Below are positions 34,901 through 47,699 of a stretch of DNA of 64,000 nucleotides, piece after piece (positions within the stretch are counted from its first letter, which is position 1; the number at the start of each line of letters is the position of its first letter). This stretch comes from Eledone cirrhosa (lineage: Eukaryota). The stretch spans positions 141,918,001 to 141,982,000 of the forward strand of contig OZ024743.1 in the NCBI GenBank assembly GCA_964016885.1, read 5' to 3'. The translations under genes and the position numbers were made by a program. The notes beneath the pieces are model-generated. The model did no database searches. It was given only the letters and a program-made list of their open reading frames with translations, and was not told the origin of the DNA.

Positions 34901-37900
34901 GGTGCTTGGTGTTTGGTGTTTGGTACTAGGTGCTTGGTGCTTGGTGTTTGGTGCTTGGTGCTTGGTGTTTGGTGTTTGGTGCTTGGTGCTTGGTGTTTGG
35001 TGCTTGGTGCTGGGTGCTGGGTGGTTGGTGTTTGGTGTTTGGTGTTTGGTGCTGGGTGCTTGGTGTTTGGTGCTTGGTGCTTGGTCTTTGGTGTTTGGTG
35101 TTTGGTGTTTGGTGCTTGGTGCTTGGTGCTTGGTGTTTGGTGCTTGGTGCTTGGTGTTTGGTGCTTGGTGCTTAGTGTTTGGTGCTAGGTGCTTGGGATT
35201 TGGTGTTTGGTGCTTGGTGCTTGGTGTTTGGTGCTTGGTGCTTGGTGTTTGGTGTTTGGTGCTTGGTGCTTGGTGTTTGGTGTTTGGTGTTTGCTGTTTG
35301 GTGTTTGGTGTTTGGTGTTTGCTGTTTGGTGTCTGCTTTTTGGTGTTTGGTGTTGGCTGTATGTTATTTGCTGTTTGGTGTTTGGTGTTTGGTGTTTGGT
35401 GCTTGGTGCTTGGTGTTTGGTGTTTGGTGCTTGGTGCTTGGAGTTTGGTGTTTGGTGCTTGGTGCTTGGTGTTTTGTGTTTGGTGTTTGGTTTTTGGTGC
35501 TTGGTGCTTGGTGCTTGTTGCTTGGCCCTTGGTGTTTGGTGCTTGGTGCTTGGTGTTTGTACTTGGTGCTTGGTGCTTGGTGTTTGGTTCTTGGTTCTTG
35601 GTGTTTGGTACTTGGTGCTTGGTGCTGGGTGCTTGGTGTTTGGTGTTTGGTGCTTGGTGTTTGGTGCTTGGTGCTTGGTGCTTGGTGTTAGGTGTTTGGT
35701 GCTTGGTGCTTGGTGTTTGGTGCTTGGTGTTTGGTGTTTGCTGTTTGGTGTTTGGTGCTTGGTGTTTGGTGTTTGCTGTTTGGTGTCTGCTTTTTGGTGT
35801 TTGGTGTTTGCTGTATGGTGTTTGCTGTTTCGTGTTTGGTGTTTCCTTTTTGGTGTTTGGTGTTTGCTGCTTGGTGTTTGGTCTTTGGTGCTTGGTGTTT
35901 GGTGCTTGGTGCTTGGTGTTTGGTGTTTGGTGCTTGGTGCTTGGTGCTTCGTGTTTGGTGTTTGGTGCTTGGTGTCTGGAGCTTGGTGTTTGGTGTTTGG
36001 TGCTTGGTGTTTGGTGTTTGGTGCTTGGTGCTTGGTGTTTGGTGCTTGGTGCTTGGTGTTTGTACTTGGTGCTTGGTGCTTGGTGTTTGGTGCTTGGTTC
36101 TTGGTGTTTGGTGCTTGGTGTTTGGTGCTTGGTGCTTGGTGTTTGGTGCTTGGTGCTTGGTGTTTGGTGTTTGGTGTTTGGTGCTTGGTGCTTGGTGTTT
36201 GGTGTTTGGTGCTTGGTGCTTGGTGTTTGGTGTTTGGTTCTTGGTGCTTGGTATTTGGTGCTTGGTGCTTGCTGCTTGGTGTTTGGTGCTTGGTGATTGA
36301 TGCTTGGTGTTTGATGCTTGGTGCTTGGTGTTTGGTTTTTGGTGCTAGGTGCTTGGTGCTTGGTGTTTGGTGCTTGGTGTTTGGTGTTTGCTGATTGGTG
36401 CTTGGGGCTTGGTGTTTGGTACTTGGTGCTTGGTGCTTGGTGTTTGGTGCTTGGTGCTTGGTGTATGGTGTTTGGTGTTTGGTGCTTGGTGTTTGGTGTT
36501 TGGTGCTTGGTGCTTGGTGTTTGTTGCTTGGTACTTGGTTCATGGTGTTTGGTGCTGGGTGCTTGGTGTTTGGTGCTTGGTGCTTGGTGTTTGGTGTTTG
36601 GTGCTTGGTGTTTGGTGTTTGGTGCTTGGTGCTTGGTGTTTGTTGCTTGGTACTTGGTGCATGGTGTTTGGTGCTGGGTGCTTGGTGTTTGGTGCTTGGT
36701 GTTTGGTGCTTGGTGCTTGGTGTTTGGTGTTTGGTGTTTGATGCTTGGTGTTTGATGCTTGGTGCTTGGTGCTTGGTGTTTGGTGCTTGGTGTTTGTACT
36801 TGGTGCTTGGTGTTTTGTGCTTGGTTCTTTGTGTTTGGTGTTTGGTGCTTGGTGCTTGGTGCTTGGTGTTAGGTGTTTGGTGCTTGGTGCTTGGTGTTTG
36901 GTGTTTGGTCCTTGGTGCTTGGTGTTTAGTGCTTGGTGCTTGGTGTTTGTTGTTTGGTGCTTTCTGCTTGCTGCTTGGCGTTTGGTGCTTGGTGCTTGGT
37001 GCTTGGTGTTTGGTGTTTGGTGCTAGGTGCTTGGTGTTTGGTGTTTGGTGTTTGATGATTGGTGTTTGGTGCTTGGTGTTTGGTGTTTTGTGCTTGGTGT
37101 TTGGGGTTTGGTGTTTGGTGCTTGGTGCTTGGTGTTTGGTGCTTGGTGCTTGGTGCTGGGTGGTTGGTGCTTGGTGTTTGGTGTTTGGTGTTTGGTGCTT
37201 GGTGCTTGGTGTTTGGTGCTTGGTGCTTGGTGCTGGGTGGTTGGTATTTGGTGCTTGGTGCTTGGTGTTTGGTGCTTGGTGCTTGGTGCTTGGTGTTTGG
37301 TGCTTGGTGCTTGGTGCTTGGTCTTTGGTGCTTGGTGTTTGGTGCTTGGTGCTTGGTGCTTGGTGTTTGGTGCTTGGTGATTAGTGTTTGGTGCTTGGTG
37401 CTTGGGGTTTGGTGTTTGGTGCTTGGTACTTGGTGTTTGGTGCTTGGTGTTTGGTGTTTGCTGTTTGGTGTTTGGTGTTTGCTGTTTGCTGTTTGCTGTT
37501 TGCTTTTTGGTGTTTGGTGTTTGCTGTATGGTGTTTGCTGTTTGGTGTTTGGTGTTTGCTGTTTGGTGTTTGGTGTTTGCTGTTTGGTCTTTGGTGCTTG
37601 GTGTTTGGTGCTTGGGGCTTGGTGTTTGGTGTTTGGTGCTTGGTGCTTGGTGTTTGGTGTTTGTTGCTTGGTGCTTGGTGCTTGGTGTTTGGTGTTTGGT
37701 GTTTGGTGCTTGGTGTCTGGTGCTTGGTGTTTGGTGTTTGGTGTTTGGTGCTTGGTGTTTGGTGTTTGGTGTTTGGTGCTTGGTGCTTGGTGTTTGTTGT
37801 TTGGTGCTTTCTGCTTGCTGCTTGGCGTTTGGTGCTTGGTGCTTGGTGCTTGCTGTTTGGTGTTTGGTGCTTGGTGCTTGGTGTTTGGTGTTTGGTGTTA

Positions 37901-40000
37901 TATGCTTGGTGTTTGATGCTTGGTGCTTGGTGCTTGGTATTTGGTGTTTGGTGCTTGGTGTTTGTACTTGGTGCTTGGTTCTTGGTTCTTGGTGCTTGGT
38001 GCTTGGTGCTGGATGCTTGGTGCTTGGTGTTTGGTGCTTGGTGTTTGGTGCTTGGTGTTTGGTGCTTGGTGCCTGGTGCTTGGTGCTTGGTGCTTGGTGT
38101 TTGGTGCTTGGTGTTTGGTGCTTGGTGTTAGGTGTTTGGTGCTTGGTGCTTGGTGTTTGGTGTTTGTTGCTTGGTGTTTGGTGCTTGGTGCTTTGTGTTT
38201 GGTGTTTGGTGCTTGGTGTTTGGTGCTTGGTACTTGGTGCTTGGTGCTTGGTGTTAGGTGTTTGGTGCTTGGTGCTTGGTGTTTGGTGATTGGTGCTTGC
38301 TGCTGGCTGCTTGGTGTTTGGTGCTTGGTGATTGGCGCTTGGTGTTTGGTGCTTGGTGTTTGGTGTTTGGTACTAGGTGCTTGGTGTTTGGTGTTTGGTG
38401 CTTGGTGCTTGGTGTTTGGTGTTTGGTGTTTGGTGCTTGGTGCTTGGTGCTTGGTGCTGGGTGGTTGGTGTTTGGTGCTTGGTGATTAGTGTTTGGTGCT
38501 AGGTGCTTGGGGTTTGATGTTTGGTGCTTGGTGCTTGGTGTTTGGTGCTTGGTGCTTGGTGTTTGGTGCTTGGTGCTTGGTGTTTGGTGTTTGCTGTTTG
38601 CTGTTTGGTGTTTGTTGTTTGGTGTTTGTTGATTGGTGTTTGCTGTTTGGTGTTTGGTATTTGGTGTTTGCTGTTTGGTGTCTGCTTTTTGGTGTTTGGT
38701 GTTTGATGTATGTTGTTTGCTGCTTGGTGTTTGGTGTTTGGTGTTTGGTGTTTGCTGCTTGGTGCTTGGTGTTTGGAGCTTGGGGCTTGGTGTTTGGTGC
38801 CTGGTGCTTGGTACTTGGTTGTTTGGTGTTTGGTGCTTGGTGCTTGGGGCTTGGAGTTTGGTGTTTGGTGCTTGGTGCTTGGTGTTTGTACTTGGTGCTT
38901 GGTGCTTGGTGTTTGGTTCTTGGTTCTTGGTGTTTGGTACTTGGTGCTTGGTGCTTGGTGCTTGGTGTTTGCTGTTTGGTGCTTGGTGTTTGGTGCTTGC
39001 TGCTTGGTGCTTGGTGCTTGGTGTTAGGTGTTTGGTGCTTGGTGCTTGGTGTTTGGTGCTTGGTGTTTGCCGTTTGGTGTTTGGTGTTTGGTGTTTGGTG
39101 TTTGCTGTTTGGTGTCTGCTTTTTGGTGTTTGGTGTTTGCTGTATGGTGTTTGCTGTTTCGTGTTTGGTGTTTGCTGTTTGGTGTTTGGTGCTTCGTGTT
39201 TGGTGCTTGGTGTTTGGTGCTTGGTGCCTGGTGCTTGGTGCATGGTGCTTGCTGCTGGCTGCTTGGTGTTTAGTGCTTGGTGATTAGTGCTTGGTGTTTG
39301 GTGCTTGGTGTTTGGTGTTTGGTACTAGGTGCTTGGTGTTTGGTGTTTGGTGCTTTGTGCTTGGTGTTTGGTGTTTGGTGTTTGGCGCTTGGTGCTTGGT
39401 GCTTGGTGCTGGGTGGTTAGTGTTTGGTGCTTGGTGATTAGTGTTTGGTGCTAGGTGCTTGGGGTTTGGTGTTTGGTGCTTGGTGCTTGGTGTTTGGTGC
39501 TTGGTGCTTGGTGTTTGCTGTTTGCTGTTTGCTGTTTGGTGTTTGTTGTTTGGTGTTTGTTGATTGGTGTTTGCTGTTTGGTGCTTGGTGCTTGGTCTTT
39601 GGTGCTTGGTGTTTGGTGTTTGGTGCTTCGTGCTTTGTGTTTGGTGCTTGGTGATTAGTGTTTGGTGCTTGGTGCTTGGGGTTTGGTGTTTGGTGCTTGG
39701 TACTTGGTGTTTGGTGCTTGGTGTTTGGTGTTTGCTGTTTGGTGTTTGGTGTTTGGTGTTTGCTGTATGGTGTTTGCTGTTTCGTGTTTGGTGTTTGCTG
39801 TTTGGTGTTTGGTGTTTGCTGTTTGGTGTTTGGTCTTTGGTGCTTGGTGTTTGGTGCTTGGTGCTTGGTGTTTGGTGTTTGGTGCTTGGTGTTTGGTGTT
39901 TGGTGCTTGGTGCTTGGTGCTTGGTGTTTGGTGTTTGGTGTTTGGTGCTTGGTGTCTGGTGCTTCGTGTTTGGTGTTTGGTGTTTGGTGCTTGGTGTTTG
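24500..40000 (+). repeat. Degenerate duplication of about 7.7 kb (about 24.5-32.2 kb versus 32.2-40 kb)
   Basis: ORF pair offsets drift upward: 7679 (24852/32531), 7672 (25996/33668, 26773/34445, 28020/35692), 7693 (29052/36745), 7735 (30185/37920), 7812 (31846/39658). Ends are approximate. Confidence 0.8.
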
Positions 40001-43000
40001 GTGTTTGGTGTTTGGTGCTTGGTATTTGTTGCTTGGTACTTGGTGCTTGGTGTTTGGTGCTTGGTGCTTGGTGTTTGGTGCTGGGTGCTTGGTGTTTGGT
40101 GCCTGGTGCTTGGTGCTTGGTGTTTGGTGTTTGGTGCTTGGTGCTTGGTGCTTGGTGTTTGGTGTTTGGTGCTTGGTGTTTTATGCTTGGTGTTTGATGT
40201 TTGGTGCTTGGTGCTTGGTGTTTGGTGCTTGGTGCTTGGTGTTTGTACTTGGTGCTTGGTGCTTGGTTCTTGGTGTTTGGTGCTTGGTGCTTGGTGCTTG
40301 GTGCTTGGTGTTTGGTGCTTGGTGTTTGGTGCTTGGTGTTTGGTGCTGGGTGCTTGGTGTTTGGTGCTTGGTGCTTGGTGTTTGGTGTTTGGTGCTTGGT
40401 GTTTGGTGTTTGGTGCTTGGTGCTTGGTGTTTGTTGCTTGGTACTTGGTGCATGGTGTTTGGTGCTGGGTGCTTGGTGTTTGGTGCTTGGTGTTTGGTGC
40501 TTGGTGCTTGGTGTTTGGTGTTTGGTGTTTGATGCTTGGTGTTTGATGCTTGGTGCTTGGTGCTTGGTGTTTGGTGCTTGGTGTTTGTACTTGGTGCTTG
40601 GTGTTTTGTGCTTGGTTCTTTGTGTTTGGTGTTTGGTGCTTGGTGCTTGGTGCTTGGTGTTAGGTGTTTGGTGCTTGGTGCTTGGTGTTTGGTGTTTGGT
40701 CCTTGGTGCTTGGTGTTTAGTGCTTGGTGCTTGGTGTTTGTTGTTTGGTGCTTTCTGCTTGCTGCTTGGCGTTTGGTGCTTGGTGCTTGGTGCTTGGTGT
40801 TTGGTGTTTGGTGCTAGGTGCTTGGTGTTTGGTGTTTGGTGTTTGATGCTTGGTGTTTGGTGCTTGGTGTTTGGTGTTTTGTGCTTGGTGTTTGGGGTTT
40901 GGTGTTTGGTGCTTGGTGCTTGGTGTTTGGTGCTTGGTGCTTGGTGCTGGGTGGTTGGTGCTTGGTGTTTGGTGTTTGGTGTTTGGTGCTTGGTGCTTGG
41001 TGTTTGGTGCTTGGTGCTTGGTGCTGGGTGGTTGGTATTTGGTGCTTGGTGCTTGGTGTTTGGTGCTTGGTGCTTGGTGCTTGGTGTTTGGTGCTTGGTG
41101 CTTGGTGCTTGGTCTTTGGTGCTTGGTGTTTGGTGCTTGGTGCTTGGTGCTTGGTGTTTGGTGCTTGGTGATTAGTGTTTGGTGCTTGGTGCTTGGGGTT
41201 TGGTGTTTGGTGCTTGGTACTTGGTGTTTGGTGCTTGGTGTTTGGTGTTTGCTGTTTGGTGTTTGGTGTTTGCTGTTTGCTGTTTGCTGTTTGCTTTTTG
41301 GTGTTTGGTGTTTGCTGTATGGTGTTTGCTGTTTGGTGTTTGGTGTTTGCTGTTTGGTGTTTGGTGTTTGCTGTTTGGTCTTTGGTGCTTGGTGTTTGGT
41401 GCTTGGTGCTTGGTGTTTGGTGTTTGGTGCTTGGTGCTTGGTGTTTGGTGTTTGTTGCTTGGTGCTTGGTGCTTGGTGTTTGGTGTTTGGTGTTTGGTGC
41501 TTGGTGTCTGGTGCTTGGTGTTTGGTGTTTGGTGTTTGGTGCTTGGTGTTTGGTGTTTGGTGTTTGGTGCTTGGTGCTTGGTGTTTGTTGTTTGGTGCTT
41601 TCTGCTTGCTGCTTGGCGTTTGGTGCTTGGTGCTTGGTGCTTGCTGTTTGGTGTTTGGTGCTTGGTGCTTGGTGTTTGGTGTTTGGTGTTATATGCTTGG
41701 TGTTTGATGCTTGGTGCTTGGTGCTTGGTATTTGGTGTTTGGTGCTTGGTGTTTGTACTTGGTGCTTGGTTCTTGGTTCTTGGTGCTTGGTGCTTGGTGC
41801 TGGATGCTTGGTGCTTGGTGTTTGGTGCTTGGTGTTTGGTGCTTGGTGTTTGGTGCTTGGTGCCTGGTGCTTGGTGCTTGGTGCTTGGTGTTTGGTGCTT
41901 GGTGTTTGGTGCTTGGTGTTAGGTGTTTGGTGCTTGGTGCTTGGTGTTTGGTGTTTGTTGCTTGGTGTTTGGTGCTTGGTGCTTTGTGTTTGGTGTTTGG
42001 TGCTTGGTGTTTGGTGCTTGGTACTTGGTGCTTGGTGCTTGGTGTTAGGTGTTTGGTGCTTGGTGCTTGGTGTTTGGTGATTGGTGCTTGCTGCTGGCTG
42101 CTTGGTGTTTGGTGCTTGGTGATTGGCGCTTGGTGTTTGGTGCTTGGTGTTTGGTGTTTGGTACTAGGTGCTTGGTGTTTGGTGTTTGGTGCTTGGTGCT
42201 TGGTGTTTGGTGTTTGGTGTTTGGTGCTTGGTGCTTGGTGCTTGGTGCTGGGTGGTTGGTGTTTGGTGCTTGGTGATTAGTGTTTGGTGCTAGGTGCTTG
42301 GGGTTTGATGTTTGGTGCTTGGTGCTTGGTGTTTGGTGCTTGGTGCTTGGTGTTTGGTGCTTGGTGCTTGGTGTTTGGTGTTTGCTGTTTGCTGTTTGGT
42401 GTTTGTTGTTTGGTGTTTGTTGATTGGTGTTTGCTGTTTGGTGTTTGGTATTTGGTGTTTGCTGTTTGGTGTCTGCTTTTTGGTGTTTGGTGTTTGCTGT
42501 ATGTTGTTTGCTGTTTGGTGTTTGGTGTTTGGTGTTTGGTGTTTGCTGCTTGGTGCTTGGTGTTTGGAGCTTGGGGCTTGGTGTTTGGTGCCTGGTGCTT
42601 GGTACTTGGTTGTTTGGTGTTTGGTGCTTGGTGCTTGGGGCTTGGAGTTTGGTGTTTGGTGCTTGGTGCTTGGTGTTTGTACTTGGTGCTTGGTGCTTGG
42701 TGTTTGGTTCTTGGTTCTTGGTGTTTGGTACTTGGTGCTTGGTGCTTGGTGCTTGGTGTTTGGTGTTTGGTGCTTGGTGTTTGGTGCTTGCTGCTTGGTG
42801 CTTGGTGCTTGGTGTTAGGTGTTTGGTGCTTGGTGCTTGGTGTTTGGTGCTTGGTGTTTGCCGTTTGGTGTTTGGTGTTTGGTGTTTGGTGTTTGCTGTT
42901 TGGTGTCTGCTTTTTGGTGTTTGGTGTTTGCTGTATGGTGTTTGCTGTTTCGTGTTTGGTGTTTGCTGTTTGGTGTTTGGTGCTTCGTGTTTGGTGCTTG

Positions 43001-44124
43001 GTGTTTGGTGCTTGGTGCCTGGTGCTTGGTGCTTGGTGCTTGCTGCTGGCTGCTTGGTGTTTAGTGCTTGGTGATTAGTGCTTGGTGTTTGGTGCTTGGT
43101 GTTTGGTGTTTGGTACTAGGTGCTTGGTGTTTGGTGTTTGGTGCTTTGTGCTTGGTGTTTGGTGTTTGGTGTTTGGCGCTTGGTGCTTGGTGCTTGGTGC
43201 TGGGTGGTTAGTGTTTGGTGCTTGGTGATTAGTGTTTGGTGCTAGGTGCTTGGGGTTTGGTGTTTGGTGCTTGGTGCTTGGTGTTTGGTGCTTGGTGCTT
43301 GGTGTTTGCTGTTTGCTGTTTGCTGTTTGGTGTTTGTTGTTTGGTGTTTGTTGATTGGTGTTTGCTGTTTGGTGCTTGGTGCTTGGTCTTTGGTGCTTGG
43401 TGTTTGGTGTTTGGTGCTTCGTGCTTTGTGTTTGGTGCTTGGTGATTAGTGTTTGGTGCTTGGTGCTTGGGGTTTGGTGTTTGGTGCTTGGTACTTGGTG
43501 TTTGGTGCTTGGTGTTTGGTGTTTGCTGTTTGGTGTTTGGTGTTTGGTGTTTGCTGTATGGTGTTTGCTGTTTCGTGTTTGGTGTTTGCTGTTTGGTGTT
43601 TGGTGTTTGCTGTTTGGTGTTTGGTCTTTGGTGCTTGGTGTTTGGTGCTTGGTGCTTGGTGTTTGGTGTTTGGTGCTTGGTGTTTGGTGTTTGGTGCTTG
43701 GTGCTTGGTGCTTGGTGTTTGGTGTTTGGTGTTTGGTGCTTGGTGTCTGGTGCTTCGTGTTTGGTGTTTGGTGTTTGGTGCTTGGTGTTTGGTGTTTGGT
43801 GTTTGGTGCTTGGTGCTTGTTGCTTGGTACTTGGTGCTTGGTGTTTGGTGCTTGGTGCTTGGTGTTTGGTGCTGGGTGCTTGGTGTTTGGTGCCTGGTGC
43901 TTGGTGCTTGGTGTTTGGTGTTTGGTGCTTGGTGCTTGGTGCTTGGTGTTTGGTGTTTGGTGCTTGGTGTTTTATGCTTGGTGTTTGATGTTTGGTGCTT
44001 GGTGCTTGGTGTTTGGTGCTTGGTGCTTGGTGTTTGTACTTGGTGCTTGGTGCTTGGTTCTTGGTGTTTGGTGCTTGGTGCTTGGTGCTTGGTGCTTGGT
44101 GTTTGGTGCTTGGTGTTTGGTGCT
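36543..44124 (+). repeat. Tandem duplication, 3791-bp unit (about 36543-40333 and 40334-44124)
   Basis: ORF pairs at +3791 (36745/40536, 37384/41175, 37920/41711, 38493/42284, 39028/42819, 39658/43449, 40201/43992). The 8-bp monomer TTGGTTGT sits at 38815 and 42606. Length reconciles as 542 monomers including four 6-mers and one 8-mer. Confidence 0.92.
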
Positions 44125-46575
44125 TGGTGTTTGGTGCTTGGTGCCTGGTGCTTGGTGCTTGGTGCTTGGTGTTTGGTGCTTGGTGTTTGGTGCTTGGTAT
44201 TAGGTGTTTGGTGCTTGGTGCTTGGTGTTTGGTGTTTGGTGCTTGGTGTTTGGTGCTTGGTGCTTGGTGTTTGGTGTTTGGTGCTTGGTGTTTGGTGCTT
44301 GGTACTTGGTGCTTGGTGCTTGGTGTTAGGTGTTTGGTGCTTGGTGCTTGGTGTTTGGTTTTTGGTGCTTGGTGCTTGGTGTTTGGTGTTTGGTGCTGGC
44401 TGCTGGCTGCTTGGTGTTTGGTGCTTGGTGATTGGTGCTTGGTGTTTGGTGCTTGGTGTTTGGTGTTTGGTACTAGTTGCTTGGTGCTTGGTGTTTGGTG
44501 CTTGGTGCTTGGTGTTTGGTGTTTGGTGCTTGGTGCTTGGTGTTTGGTGCTTGGTGCTGGGTGCTGGGTGGTTGGTGTTTGGTGTTTGGTGTTTGGTGCT
44601 GGGTGCTTGGTGTTTGGTGCTTGGTGCTTGGTCTTTGGTGTTTGGTGTTTGGTGTTTGGTGCTTGGTGCTTGGTGCTTGGTGTTTGGTGCTTGGTGCTTG
44701 GTGTTTGGTGCTTGGTGCTTAGTGGTTGGTGCTAGGTGCTTGGGGTTTGGTGTTTGGTGCTTGGTGCTTGGTGTTTGGTGTTTGGTGCTTGGTGTTTGGT
44801 GTTTGGTGCTTGGTGCTTGGTGTTTGGTGTTTGGTGTTTGCTGTTTGGTGTTTGGTGTTTGGTGTTTGCTGTTTGGTGTCTGCTTTTTGGTGTTTGGTGT
44901 TGGCTGTATGTTATTTGCTGTTTGGTGTTTGGTGTTTGGTGTTTGGTGCTTGGTGCTTGGTGTTTGGTGTTTGGTGCTTGGTGCTTGGAGTTTGGTGTTT
45001 GGTGCTTGGTGCTTGGTGTTTTGTATTTGGTGTTTGGTTTTTGGTTCTTGGTGCTTGGTGCTTGTTGCTTGGTCCATGGTGTTTGGTGCTTGGTGCTTGG
45101 TGTTTGTACTTGGTGCTTGGTGCTTGGTGTTTGGTTCTTGGTTCTTGGTGTTTGGTACTTGGTGCTTGGTGCTTGGTGCTTTGTGTTTGGTGTTTGGTGC
45201 TTGGTGTTTGGTGCTTGGTGCTTGGTGCTTGGTGTTAGGTGTTTGGTGCTTGGTGCTTGGTGTTTGGTGCTTGGTGTTTGGTGTTTGCTGTTTGGTGTTT
45301 GGTGCTTGGTGTTTGGTGTTTGCTGTTTGGTGTCTGCTTTTTGGTGTTTGGTGTTTGCTGTATGGTGTTTGCTGTTTCGTGTTTGGTGTTTGCTGTTTGG
45401 TGTTTGGTGTTTGCTGTTTGGTGTTTGGTCTTTGGTGCTTGGTGTTTGGTGCTTGGTGCTTGGTGTTTGGTGTTTGGTGCTTGGTGCTTGGTGCTTCGTG
45501 TTTGGTGTTTGGTGCTTGGTGTCTGGAGCTTGGTGTTTGGTGTTTGGTGCTTGGTGTTTGGTGTTTGGTGCTTGGTGCTTGGTGTTTGGTGCTTGGTGCT
45601 TGGTGTTTGTACTTGGTGCTTGGTGCTTGGTGTTTGGTGCTTGGTTCTTGGTGTTTGGTGCTTGGTGTTTGGTGCTTGGTGCTTGGTGTTTGGTGGTTGG
45701 TGCTTGGTGTTTGGTGTTTGGTGCTTGGTGCTTGGTGCTTGGTGTTTGGTGTTTGGTGCTTGGTGCTTGGTGTTTGGTGTTTGGTTCTTGGTGCTTGGTA
45801 TTTGGTGCTTGGTGCTTGCTGCTTGGTGTTTGGTGCTTGGTGATTGATGCTTGGTGTTTGATGCTTGGTGCTTGGTGTTTGGTTTTTGGTGCTAGGTGCT
45901 TGGTGCTTGGTGTTTGGTGCTTGGTGTTTGGTGTTTGCTGCTTGGTGCTTGGGGCTTGGTGTTTGGTACTTGGTGCTTGGTGCTTGGTGTTTGGTGCTTG
46001 GTGCTTGGTGTATGGTGTTTGGTGTTTGGTGCTTGGTGTTTGGTGTTTGGTGCTTGGTGCTTGGTGTTTGTTGCTTGGTACTTGGTTCATGGTGTTTGGT
46101 GCTGGGTGCTTGGTGTTTGGTGCTTGGTGCTTGGTGTTTGGTGTTTGGTGCTTGATGTTTGGTGTTTGGTGCTTGGTGCTTGGTGTTTGTTGCTTGGTAC
46201 TTGGTGCATGGTGTTTGGTGCTGGGTGCTTGGTGTTTGGTGCTTGGTGTTTGGTGCTTGGTGCTTGGTGTTTGGTGTTTGGTGTTTGATGCTTGGTGTTT
46301 GATGCTTGGTGCTTGGTGCTTGGTGTTTGGTGCTTGGAGTTTGTACTTGGTGCTTGGTGTTTTGTGCTTGGTTCTTTGTGTTTGGTGTTTGGTGCTTGGT
46401 GCTTGGTGCTTGGTGTTAGGTGTTTGGTGCTTGGTGCTTGGTGTTTGGTGTTTGGTCCTTGGTGCTTGGTGTTTAGTGCTTGGTGCTTGGTGTTTGTTGT
46501 TTGGTGCTTTCTGCTTGCTGCTTGGCGTTTGGTGCTTGGTGCTTGGTGCTTGGTGTTTGGTGTTTGGTGCTAGGT
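43449..46575 (+). repeat. Third copy of a block of about 3.1 kb, also at about 26230-29330 and 33902-37026
   Basis: Constant +9547 offset from the second copy (34445/43992, 35179/44726, 35692/45239, 36745/46292). A 452-aa minus-strand ORF occurs three times (27513, 35185, 44732). Confidence 0.87.
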
Positions 46576-47699
46576 GCTTGGTGTTTGGTGTTTGGTGTTT
46601 GGTGCTTGGTGCTTGGTGTTTGGTGCTTGGTGCTTGGTGTTTGGTGTTTGGTGTTTGGTGCTTGGTGCTTGGTGTTTGGTGCTTGGCGCTTGGTGCTGGG
46701 TGGTTGGTATTTGGTGCTTGGTGCTTGGTGTTTGGTGCTTGGTGCTTGGTGCTTGGTGTTTGGTGCTTGGTGCTTGGTGCTTGGTCTTTGGTGCTTGGTG
46801 TTTGGTGCTTGGTGCTTGGTGCTTGGTGTTTGGTGCTTGGTGATTAGTGTTTGGTGCTTGGTGCTTGGGGTTTGGTGTTTGGTGCTTGGTACTTGGTGTT
46901 TGGTGCTTGGTGTTTGGTGTTTGCTGTTTGGTGTTTGGTGTTTGCTGTTTGCTGTTTGCTGTTTGCTTTTTGGTGTTTGGTGTTTGCTGTATGGTGTTTG
47001 CTGTTTGGTGTTTGGTGTTTGCTGTTTGGTGTTTGGTGTTTGCTGTTTGGTCTTTGGTGCTTGGTGTTTGGTGCTTGGTGCTTGGTGTTTGGTGTTTGGT
47101 GCTTGGTGCTTGGTGTTTGGTGTTTGTTGCTTGGTGCTTGGTGCTTGGTGTTTGGTGTTTGGTGTTTGGTGCTTGGTGTCTGGTGCTTGGTGTTTGGTGT
47201 TTGGTGTTTGGTGCTTGGTGTTTGGTGTTTGGTGTTTGGTGCTTGGTGTTTGGTGTTTGGTGTTTGGTGTTTGGTGCTTGTTGCTTGGTGCTTGGTGCTT
47301 GGTGTTTGGTTCTTGGTTCTTGGTGTTTGGTACTTGGTGCTTGGTGTTTGGTGCTGGGTGCTGGTGTTTGGTGCTTGGTGCTTGGTGCTTGCTGTTTGGT
47401 GTTTGGTGCTTGGTGCTTGGTGTTTGGTGTTTGGTGTTATATGCTTGCTGTTTGGTGTTTGGTGCTTGGTGCTTGGTGTTTGGTGTTTGGTGTTATATGC
47501 TTGGTGTTTGATGCTTGGTGCTAGGTGCTTGGTATTTGGTGTTTGGTGCTTGGTGTTTGTACTTGGTGCTTGGTTCTTGGTTCTTGGTGCTTGGTGCTTG
47601 GTGCTTGGTGCTTGGTGCTTGGTGTTTGTTGCTTGGTGTTTGGTGCTTGGTGTTTGGTGCTTGGTGCCTGGTGCTTGGTGGTTGGTGCTTGGTGTTTGG